Assembly: GCF_000175255.2 (NCBI RefSeq)
Contig: NC_017262.1
Coordinates: 930,001 to 962,000, forward strand
DNA: 32,000 nucleotides
From: Zymomonas mobilis subsp. mobilis ATCC 10988
Lineage (GTDB): Bacteria > Pseudomonadota > Alphaproteobacteria > Sphingomonadales > Sphingomonadaceae
Reading direction: 5' to 3'
In this document: positions 11,685 to 21,400 of the stretch, piece after piece
Position numbering within the stretch: the first letter of the stretch is position 1
How the letters are laid out: each line of letters starts with the position of its first letter
The notes under the pieces: generated by a model
Databases searched by the model: none
What the model was told of the DNA's origin: nothing
What the model saw: only the letters and a program-made list of their open reading frames with translations
Position numbers and translations under genes: made by a program

Positions 11685-12239
11685 ATGAGTGAAGATAAAA
11701 TAGGCTGGCATGGCACAACGATCCTTTCTGTCAGACGGAATGGACGTGTTGTCATTGCTGGTGATGGTCAGGTTTCGATGGGCAATACGGTGATGAAGCC
11801 GAATGCCCGAAAAGTACGCCGCTTGGGAGATGGCTCTGTTATTGGCGGCTTTGCTGGCGCCACGGCGGATGCTTTTACATTATTCGAGCGACTTGAAGCC
11901 AAGCTGGAACGTCATAATGGGCAGCTTTTACGGGCTGCTGTTGAATTGGCTAAAGACTGGCGCACCGATAAATATCTACGGAATCTTGAAGCTTTAATGA
12001 TTGTGGCTGATGATCAGGTGACATTGGTATTAACAGGCAATGGGGATGTCTTAGAACCTGTTGGCGGTATTGCTGCTATTGGGTCTGGAGGTAACTTTGC
12101 ATTGTCTGCCGCGCGGGCTCTTGTTGATTACGAAGAAGATGCCGAAGTCATTGCTCGTAAGGCTCTGGCGGTCGCTGCCGATATCTGTGTCTTCACCAAT
12201 GATCAGGTGACCATTGAGACGCTTGAAAGTCGAGTTTAA
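11685..12239 (+). CDS. hslV: ATP-dependent protease subunit HslV
   Basis: [38 protein letters not shown]...GNVL region with [26 protein letters not shown]; immediately followed by hslU. ATG at 11682 is an alternative start. Confidence 0.97.
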   Translation: MSEDKIGWHGTTILSVRRNGRVVIAGDGQVSMGNTVMKPNARKVRRLGDGSVIGGFAGATADAFTLFERLEAKLERHNGQLLRAAVELAKDWRTDKYLRNLEALMIVADDQVTLVLTGNGDVLEPVGGIAAIGSGGNFALSAARALVDYEEDAEVIARKALAVAADICVFTNDQVTIETLESRV

Positions 12240-12263
12240 TTCTTCTTGCTGGAAAAAGATTGT

Positions 12264-13556
12264 ATGACTGATGCCCTTACGCCCAAAGCCATTGTTGAGG
12301 CTTTGGATGCCCATATTGTCGGACAAAAAGAAGCAAAACGTGCTGTTGCTGTCGCTATGCGGAATCGTTGGCGGCGACAAAATTTGCCCGAGCATTTGAA
12401 GGATGAAGTTAATCCTAAAAATATCTTGATGATAGGCCCCACGGGCTGCGGTAAAACCGAGATTAGTCGTCGTTTAGCTAAGTTGGCAAATGCGCCTTTT
12501 ATTAAAGTTGAGGCGACTAAATTTACCGAAGTTGGTTATGTCGGCCGCGATGTTGAGCAGATTGGTCGTGATCTGGTCGAAGAAGCCGTCCGGTTGGAGC
12601 GCGAGAAACAGCGCGCTTTAGTGCGTGAAAAAGCAGAGCAAGCGGCAATGGAGCGCTTGTTGGAGGCTTTGGTCGGTAAGGATGCCAGTGAAGCTACACG
12701 TGAGACTTTCCGTCAGCGCTTTTTAGATGGGCATCTTGACGAAAGAGAAGTCGAACTTGAGCTGGAAGAAGCCCCCTCTATGCCGGTGGAAATTCCAGGT
12801 ATGGGCGGACAAGTCGGCATGATTAGTCTGAGTGATATGTTGGGGAAGGGACATCGCACAAAGCGTCAGCGTTTGCCTGTTCGTCAAGCATGGCGTCGTT
12901 TGATTGACGAAGAAGCCGATCGCCGTCTTGATAAGGATGAAATTGGCCGGATCGCTTTGTCGAATGCCGAGGCAAATGGTATCGTCTTTTTGGATGAAGT
13001 CGATAAAATTGCGGTAAGCGATGTTCGAGGGGGCTCTGTTTCGCGTGAAGGCGTGCAGCGCGATCTTTTGCCTTTGTTGGAAGGCACAACAGTTACGACA
13101 AAATATGGCCCGATGAAAACCGACCATGTTCTGTTTATTGCATCTGGTGCTTTCCACGTTGCAAAGCCTTCGGATCTTTTGCCGGAATTACAGGGGCGTC
13201 TGCCTATTCGTGTTGAATTGTCTGCTTTGACAGAAGATGATTTTATCCGCATTCTTTCTTCGACCCGAGCGTCTTTGGTCGAACAATATAGAGCCTTGAT
13301 TGGCACCGAAAATGTTGTTCTTCATTTTGAAGAAGATGGTATCCGCCAGCTGGCGCATATCGCGGCCGAGGTAAATAGCGAGGTCGAGAATATTGGGGCT
13401 CGTCGTTTATCAACAGTAATGGAAAAACTGTTAGAGGATATCAGCTTTAATGCTGAGGATATGCGCGGTGAAGAAATAAAAATAGACAAGAAATATGTCG
13501 ATGAAAAATTATCTGGCATCGCCAAAAATTCTGACTTGAGTAAATATATTCTCTAA
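12264..13556 (+). CDS. hslU: ATP-dependent protease ATPase subunit HslU
   Basis: [33 protein letters not shown]..., Walker [39 protein letters not shown]-terminus LSKYIL. The track starts upstream at 12246 (TTG); ATG 12264 is the likely start. Confidence 0.97.
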   Translation: MTDALTPKAIVEALDAHIVGQKEAKRAVAVAMRNRWRRQNLPEHLKDEVNPKNILMIGPTGCGKTEISRRLAKLANAPFIKVEATKFTEVGYVGRDVEQIGRDLVEEAVRLEREKQRALVREKAEQAAMERLLEALVGKDASEATRETFRQRFLDGHLDEREVELELEEAPSMPVEIPGMGGQVGMISLSDMLGKGHRTKRQRLPVRQAWRRLIDEEADRRLDKDEIGRIALSNAEANGIVFLDEVDKIAVSDVRGGSVSREGVQRDLLPLLEGTTVTTKYGPMKTDHVLFIASGAFHVAKPSDLLPELQGRLPIRVELSALTEDDFIRILSSTRASLVEQYRALIGTENVVLHFEEDGIRQLAHIAAEVNSEVENIGARRLSTVMEKLLEDISFNAEDMRGEEIKIDKKYVDEKLSGIAKNSDLSKYIL

Positions 13557-13573
13557 AATTCAAACAAATTTGA

Positions 13574-13612
13574 GGGCTTGCTTATTGTAAAAGTGAGCCC
13601 CCAATTTTGTAT
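13574..13612 (+). terminator. Possible terminator of hslVU
   Basis: GGGCTTGCTTATTGTAAAAGTGAGCCC imperfect hairpin followed by a moderately T-rich stretch. Confidence 0.45.
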
Positions 13613-13841
13613 TTTAAATTTACTTTATTTTTGTAAGTTATTGGTTTTGAGTGACCTGCCTGTTATATTTTTGCCGATAATCAGGGTTCATCTTGCCCTT
13701 GATCGGCCAGAAAGCTATATACCCCTTGACTTTTCCCTGCTTTTAGGGGCAGTAAGCCAACTTTACAGGTGATCGGCAGCTATGTCTGGCGCCTGATGCG
13801 ATTAGCATTTTTTTCTAGAATTAGGTGCAAAAGGTTTCACT

Positions 13842-14009
13842 ATGGCTAAGCCGACTACAGTTAAGATTCGTCTCGTTAGTTCTGCAGACACCGGATTTTT
13901 CTATGTTACCCGCAAAAATCCGCGGAACCAGACCGAAAAAATGAGCCTTCGTAAATATGATCCGGTTGTCCGGAAGCATGTCGAATTCAAAGAAGCTAAA
14001 ATTAAATAA
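13842..14009 (+). CDS. rpmG: 50S ribosomal protein L33
   Basis: Read directly from the sequence (not in ORF track): [55 protein letters not shown], 55 aa. Confidence 0.97.
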   Translation: MAKPTTVKIRLVSSADTGFFYVTRKNPRNQTEKMSLRKYDPVVRKHVEFKEAKIK

Positions 14010-14043
14010 TTTTTTAAAGCGCTTCTTTAGAAATTCCCAGATA

Positions 14044-14120
14044 AACCGGGCCTGCCTTTTGGCAGCTATTCTGCGGTGACCCGCTCGTGGTTGGCAGGGT
14101 AGGCCGGTTTTCTGTCTTTT
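14044..14120. terminator. Long imperfect hairpin between convergent rpmG and divK-like genes, possible bidirectional terminator
   Basis: AACCGG (14044-14049) + CCTGCC (14051-14056) pair with GGCAGG (14093-14098) + CCGGTT (14104-14109), followed by TTTCTGTCTTTT. Confidence 0.5.
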
Positions 14121-14124
14121 ACGA

Positions 14125-14496
14125 TCAGATCAAAGTTTTTACGGCTTCAAGAAATCGAACTACAGAAATCGGTTTCGCGATATAACCGGTTGCCCCAGCC
14201 TGACGGATTTTTTGTTCATCCTCTGGTGCGGCATAGGCCGTGACTGCCATAATCGGTATATGGCATAATTCTTTTGTCTTTCGAATCTGCCCGATCAGCT
14301 CTAGCCCACTAATATGGGGTAGTTGAATATCCATAATAATAAGATCTGGCATAAAACTGTGAGCGCGAGCTATCATGCCTCGCCCGTCTCTTACAGGCTC
14401 TACGTCAAAATGATGCGCGCGCAATAGATCACAAAAGAGTTTTAAGTTTAATTCATTGTCTTCAACTATCAAAATACGCGAAGCCATTATTCGCAT
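14125..14496 (-). CDS. divK: Single-domain response regulator, DivK-like
   Basis: RILIVEDNELNLKLFCDLLRAHHFDVEPVRDG...PDLIIMDIQLPHISGLELIGQIRK...IPIMAVTAYAAPEDEQKIRQAGATGYIAKPISVVRFLEAV; receiver domain only. Confidence 0.88.
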   Translation of the reverse strand: MRIMASRILIVEDNELNLKLFCDLLRAHHFDVEPVRDGRGMIARAHSFMPDLIIMDIQLPHISGLELIGQIRKTKELCHIPIMAVTAYAAPEDEQKIRQAGATGYIAKPISVVRFLEAVKTLI

Positions 14497-14658
14497 CCAT
14501 TCTTTTCTGATTATAGCGCCAGTTTAGACCAAAAAAATCTATCAAATCTAACGATAATTTATGTGTTTGTTCAGTTTGTTGATAAAAACGGATTGTTTTT
14601 AAATGAACTGTGCTTTCGGGGCTTGACCTTTACCCCCTATAAGACAAAAATCTTTTCC

Positions 14659-15117
14659 ATGACTATTGAAACCAGACTTGCCGAACTTGGCATCCTTCTC
14701 CCTGAAGCGGCAGCCCCTGTTGCAGCTTATGCTCCTACAGTGTTGGCGGGTAACTTGCTTCATATCTCTGGCCAGCTTCCTTTCCTTGAAGGTCAGCTAA
14801 TGACAGGCCGCCTCGGTGAAGACCGTGATGAAGCTTACGGTTTTAGAGCTGCCGAACGCTGTGCCATTATGCTTATGGCTCAGATGAAAGCTGCCCTTAC
14901 CAGTCTTGATCGGGTCGAAAAAATTATAAAGCTGAATGCTTTTGTAAATTCAGCACCTTCCTTTACGCGGCAGGCGCAAGTCGTGAATGGCGCCTCTGAA
15001 CTTTTGGCGAAAGTCTTTGGCGATGCTGGTGTTCACGCCCGCAGTGCTGTCGGCGTGGCTGTTTTACCGTTAAATGCTCCTGTTGAAATTGATGCGGTTG
15101 TAGCTGTTCGACCGTAG
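14659..15117 (+). CDS. RidA/YjgF/YER057c/UK114 family protein
   Basis: MTIETRLAELGILLPEAAAPVAAYAPTVLAGNLLHISGQLPF...RAAERCAIMLMAQMKAALTSLDRVEKIIKLNAFVNSAPSFTRQAQVVNGASELLAKVFGDAGVHARSAVGVAVLPLNAPVEIDAVVAV. The track start at 14563 adds an unrelated N-terminal extension. Confidence 0.92.
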   Translation: MTIETRLAELGILLPEAAAPVAAYAPTVLAGNLLHISGQLPFLEGQLMTGRLGEDRDEAYGFRAAERCAIMLMAQMKAALTSLDRVEKIIKLNAFVNSAPSFTRQAQVVNGASELLAKVFGDAGVHARSAVGVAVLPLNAPVEIDAVVAVRP

Positions 15118-15140
15118 ATTAAAGTAATGTGAAATGACAA

Positions 15141-15179
15141 AGGCAGGTTGGAGAATTTAGGCTCCCACCTGCCTTTTTT
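15141..15179 (+). terminator. Intrinsic terminator downstream of the RidA-family gene
   Basis: AGGCAGGT...ACCTGCCT stem followed by TTTTTT. Confidence 0.75.
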
Positions 15180-15465
15180 ACAATGATAGCTTTTTTGAAA
15201 GCTAATAACTCTGTTTTGAATGTCTTATTGGCAAGAGATTTGGTATAAATTTCTGTAAATCGTTAAAAATAAAAGATAAAAAATATTATATTTATATTCA
15301 AAATAGTTGTTTTTTTATTACAAAGCACAATGAATTTATTATAATTTGTATAAGACTGCACAAAATATACCCTAAGATTTGCGAGATAGGGGCATTAGTA
15401 ACTGGTAAAATAATACCTCTGCTTCTGCTTTATTTTAAATCCTAAAATCTGATGCAGGTATATTT

Positions 15466-18400
15466 ATGGCCTCCAGCCTGACGATCACTAAAAAACGCGG
15501 TAACCATAAAGCATTTTCTACTGAAGAAAATCATATTTCTCTACAGCACCCTTCTGTTGTTCAGGTGAATGCTTACCGTTCTCAAGTGCGGTCTCTATCA
15601 AGACAGGGAGATACACTACTCGTCCAGCTGAATGATGGTCGCCAGTATCAGTTTGATAATTTTTTTGTCGATGATGACAAGCATTTACATAGTGACCTTG
15701 TTCTGCGTGATGAAGATCAGAAAGAGGCATGGTGGCATGCTGAAATGCCAGATGCCTCTCATCCTAATCTAGCTGGCGCTGATGTCGGTTATAGTCAGGT
15801 CGAGACCATTAAGCCGTTACTTATTTACCATGATAATGGTTTGTTGGTGCCTTTGCTCGCAGGTTTATTGGGGGCGGGGGCTGCTGGTGGTGCCGCAGCT
15901 GCTTTGACTGGTGGACACAGCCATAAAGATAATAACAACAATTCAGATCTTTCTATTCCTTCTGTGGATAGTGTTACAACGGACCCGACAACAGGTGAAG
16001 TCACTGTCAATGGTACGGCTCAGCCAGGCCAAACCGTTAATGTTACCTTCCCAGATGGCACGGTCGCGCAAACAACGGCTGATAGTAAAGGTGATTATCA
16101 TGCAACGTCCACGACGCCTCAGGCGACTGGACAGATCGCGGTTACTTCCTCTGATAGCTCAAGCAATGTAAGTAACCCTGTTACGCATGATTATACTGAT
16201 ATAACGCCCGCTATTGTTATCACTAGTGATGCCGGTAACACTGTGCAGGCGGGGCCTGTTACATATACTTTTACACTTTCTGAAGCCTCTAAAGATTTTA
16301 CGACAGCGAGTGTGACGGTAACCGGCGGTCAAAAGGGCGAGCTGGTACAGGATTCTAGTAATCCATTAGTATATCATATGACGGTCACGCCAGATGCTGG
16401 GAAAGGCGGCACTATTACTGTCGTTGTCCCCGCCGGTTCGGTGCACGATTTATCAGGAAGCACGACTACCGCAGATGCAGTGGCTACACCTGTGGCTTAT
16501 GACACGACACCAGCGGGTAATCCGGTGGTGACGGTGACAAGTGATAGTGACGGCCAGACGGCGACCGGTCCAGTCACCTATAGCTTCAAATTGTCAGAAC
16601 CGGTGAGCGATCTGACCTCCGATAGTGTGACGGTGACGGGCGGCAGCAAGGGTGCATTGGTTCAAGATAGCACTGACCCGTTGGTCTATCATATGGTGGT
16701 CACGCCAGATGGTAGCAAAGGCGGCTCGATCACTGCGACGATAGCGAGTGGCAGCCTGCATGACTTGGCGGGTAACCCGACCTTGTCGGATGCCACGGAT
16801 ACGGTGGCTTATGATACGACGCCAGCGGGTAATCCGGTGGTGACGGTGACAAGTGACAGTGACGGCCAGACAGCGACGGGTCCAGTCACCTATAGCTTCA
16901 AATTGTCAGAACCTGTGAGCGATCTGACCGCAGATAGTGTGACGGTGACGGGTGGCAGCAAGGGTGCATTGGTTCAAGATAGCACTGACCCGCTGGTCTA
17001 TCATATGGTGGTCACGCCAGATGGTAGCAAAGGCGGCTCGATCACCGCGACGATAGCGAGTGGTAGCCTGCATGACTTGGCGGGTAACCCGACCTTGTCG
17101 GATGCCACGGATACGGTGGCTTATGACACGACGCCAGCGGGTAATCCGGTGGTGACGGTGACAAGTGACAGTGACGGCCAGACAGCGACGGGCCCAGTCA
17201 CCTATAGCTTTAAATTGTCAGAACCTGTGAGCGATCTGACCGCAGATAGTGTGACGGTGACGGGCGGCAGCAAGGGTGCATTGGTTCAAGATACGACTGA
17301 CCCGCTGGTCTATCATATGGTGGTCACGCCAGATGGTAGCAAAGGCGGCACGGTCACCGCGACGATAGCGAGCGGTAGCCTGCATGACTTGGCGGGTAAC
17401 CCGACCTTGTCGGATGCCACGGATACGGTGGCTTATGATACGACACCAGCGGGTAATCCGGTGGTGACGGTGACAAGTGACAGTGACGGCCAGACGGCAA
17501 CGGGCCCAGTCACCTATAGCTTTAAATTGTCAGAACCTGTGAGCGATCTGACCTCAGATAGTGTGACGGTGACGGGCGGCAGCAAGGGTGCATTGGTTCA
17601 AGATAGCACTGACCCGCTGGTCTATCATATGGTGGTTACGCCAGATGGTAGCAAAGGGGGCACGGTCACCGCGACGATAGCGAGTGGCAGCCTGCATGAT
17701 TTGGCGGGTAACCCGACCTTGTCGGATGCCACGGATACGGTGGCTTATGATACGACACCAGCGGGTAATCCGGTGGTGACGGTGACAAGTGACAGTGACG
17801 GCCAGACAGCGACGGGTCCAGTCACCTATAGCTTCAAATTGTCAGAACCTGTGAGCGATCTGACCGCAGATAGTGTGACGGTGACAGGCGGCAGCAAGGG
17901 TGCATTAGTCCAAGATACCACTGACCCGCTGGTCTATCATATGGTGGTTACGCCTGAAACAGGGACAGGTGGAACCGTTTCTGTCACTGTTCCCAAGGGG
18001 GCTATACACGATCTTGCAGGCAATCCAACTCTGTCGGATGCAACCGATAATGTGGCCTATGACATGACACCGGCGGGTAATCCGACTTTGTCAGTTACAA
18101 GTACTCATGATGGCGTTGCCGCTACCAACACACCAGTCACTTTTGGCTTTATTGCATCTGAGCCTTTGAAAGGTTTTTCTGCCGACAATATTGAGGTTAC
18201 AGGTGGGACGAAAGGTGAGTTGACCAGTTCACCTGACCATCCCCTTATGTATTTTTTAACGGTAACACCGAATCCCAACAGTTCTGGCGAGATCAGTATT
18301 AAGGTGCCTGCTGGTGCTGTATTCGATATGGCGGGTAACCCCAATCTTTCGAGTGTAAATGACACCGTTCTTTATGATACGATTCCTCCGACAGTAACCA

Positions 18401-21400
18401 TTAGCGATGATAGCAATGGTAAGACGGTAAATGGCGCGGTTCATTATACCTTTACAGCATCAGAGCCTTTGTTAGCGTTCGCGGCTGATAATATTGAAGT
18501 TACAGGAGGAACGAAGGGAGATTTAGTTCAAGATAGCTCCAATCCTTTGGTCTATCATATGACCGTCACCCCTAATTCAGCCAGTGGCGGATCTATAGAT
18601 GTCAAAATTCCTGCCGGTTCTGTTCATGATCTAGCCGGTAATCCGACAGCATCGGATGTAAGTGATACGGTTGCTTATGATACAACCAATATTGACAGTC
18701 CGGTCGTTACGATAACGAGCGATAGTGATGGGAAAGCTACGGCTGAACCTGTGACTTTTAAATTTACACTATCGGAACCTCTAAGCGACTTTAATGCCGA
18801 TAGCGTAACTGTATCCGGTGGCACAAAGGGTAACTTGATTCAGGATACCAGTAATCCACTCGTTTATTATATGACAGTGACCCCGAAGGTAACTGTTAGT
18901 CCGATGACTATTGATACACCTTCGGCGCTTTCCGCGACTGTCTCGGCAGGTAGTGTCCATAATTTAGCCGGCAACCCGACGTTATCGGATGCAACCGATA
19001 GCGTGCCTTATGATAGTTCCGTAGCAACCAATCCGATTGTTACGATAACAAGCGATAGTGACGGTCAGACAGTTATTGGCCCTGTTACCTATAATTTCAA
19101 GTTATCGCAGGCTGTGAATGACTTTACGGCAGATAGTGTGACGGTCACAGGTGGTTCAAAAGGCCAGCTTGTCCAAGATTCCAGCGATCCGTTACTTTAC
19201 CACATGGTTGTCACGCCCGATGCCAATCAAACTGGTAATGTTACAGCAACGATACCATCTGGGCAGTTACATAATATTATTGGGCTTTCTAATCTTGGTA
19301 ATTCCACGGATAGTATTGCTTTTGATACCGCGCCCCCAACTATTGCCATTACAAGTACGGGGGACAATGATACTACTACTGAAGGAACAATTACTTATAC
19401 CTTCACTTTGTCGGAACCGCTCAAGAATTTTACAGCTGACGATATTAACGTCTATGGCGGGACAAAAGGACGCCTGATACAGGATAGTAGTAATCCACTA
19501 AGCTATTCTTTGGTCGTTACGCCTAACCAAAATTCAGGGGGGACGCTAGTTGTCAACATTCCTGCCGGTTCCGTGCAGGATGTGAATGGCAATCCTATGG
19601 TTGTTGATAGCACGCATGCGGTCGGATATATTATTCAGCCAAATGACGTCAGGGTTTTTAGTGATCAGGATGGATCGACGGCTACAGGTGATATTACTTA
19701 TTACGTCGTATTTAATAATTCTAACCCAGCCTTTTCGCCCAATGATTTAACTATTGAAAATGGGACACTGAAGAGCTTTGAGCGCACCAGCGGTAGCGCA
19801 GATGGGACGAATGCTGCTTATAAAATTATTGTTACTCCGGTTGCTGACAATGCCGGTATCAATAGTCTTTCTATAAGCCCCGATGTTACCAATGGGTCTG
19901 GTGTCATAACAGGGATGGTTGTGTTCGATACCCGTCAGTTGAATTTGCAAGATTATACGGATACGGGGGCTTCAGCGAATGATTATATTAGTCAGGATAA
20001 TAGTTTTACGCTGAATCTGGATAATGCCGCGAATGGGACTACGCCAAGTTATCAGATTTCTAAAGATAACGGCACAACCTGGACGGATACATCAGCGACA
20101 CAGAGTAATCTGCCCGATGGGCATTATCTCTATCGGGCAGTGCGGAATGACGTTCATGATATGCCGCTTTATTCAAATGTCATTGATCTAACTGTTGATA
20201 CAACCAAGCCGGATCTTATCAGTATTAATCCGACGAATGGTCAGACGGTTTCCGGTATTGCCGAAGCTGGCACGACCGTCAATTTGTTAAGCAATGATGG
20301 TCAAACGGTTTTAGGAACCGTCGTTGCAGATAGTAATAACCATTGGTCAATCAGTGGTTTGAATATCGCTGACGGCACCCCGATTAAAGCGACGGCAACC
20401 GATACAGCCGGAAATGTCAGTAGTGTCGTAACGACGCGTGTTGATGCAACGCCGCCGGCTGTAACGGTTGATAACAGTAATGGAACCACCATTACGGGAA
20501 CGACGGAAGCCGGCGCTGTCGTCAAAGTGGATACGAATGGCGACGGGGTGGCTGATTACACCGAAGTTGCGGGATCAGATGGTAAATGGTCGGTGAGACC
20601 AGATACGCCTTTGGCAAATGGCACTTCGGTTAGTGTCACCAGCACTGATCCGGTAGGGAATGTTTCAGCCGCGGCAACAACCGTTGTTGATAATGTCGCA
20701 CCGGTTGTAACGCTTACTACAGCCGATAATCAGACCTTGACTGGCACGGTTGATGATTCAACAGTCACTTCCGTAAAGGTCTTTGATAATACGGGTAATT
20801 TTGTTGGAACTGGGACGGTTACAAATGGCAGTTATAGTCTGACATTAGCCGATCCTGTTGCGCCCGGGACAGTTCTGACTGCAAAAGCAACCGACCCGGC
20901 AGGTAATGTTGGCAGTAGTTCGTCATTGACTATTGGTTCGGTCTCTTCCGACAGTGATAATAGCGCGCTGGCAACGCATCAGGCGGCAGTTACCGCGATT
21001 GCAACCGATACTTTGCCGACAAGTGCGGTTTCGACTGTCCAGAACAACGATTTTGACACCCGTGATCCTACCTTGACGGTATCTGGCACCTCCAATCTTG
21101 AGCCAGCGCAAGAGGCTGCAGCGGCTTCATTTATGGCCATACCGTTGGCGATGTCTTTGACATCATCCAATGCCTCCAGTTCGACCTTTAGTGATGTGTT
21201 GCAGATTTCGACTGATGGCCAGAATTGGTCAACCGTGACGCCATCTGCAAATGGGGCATGGACATGGACCGATCCAACCGCCCATGATAGCAATTTTACC
21301 TATTATCTGCGGACATTGGATAGTTCGGGTAAGGTCGTTTATACGACATCAAAAGATATCACGATTGATTTGATCGCGCCTTCTTCACTGGTCATGCCGA

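Noticed and set aside
12723-13525. Minus-strand ORFs of 67-144 aa opposite hslU
   Set aside because: Overlapping antisense frames within a conserved gene, with no coding evidence.
13578-13772. 64-aa plus-strand ORF between hslU and rpmG
   Set aside because: Begins within the putative hslU terminator hairpin and has no family resemblance.
16501-17955. CRISPR array or mobile-element repeats
   Set aside because: The repeats are contiguous 312-bp coding units in one open frame, with no spacers, no terminal inverted repeats and no transposase.
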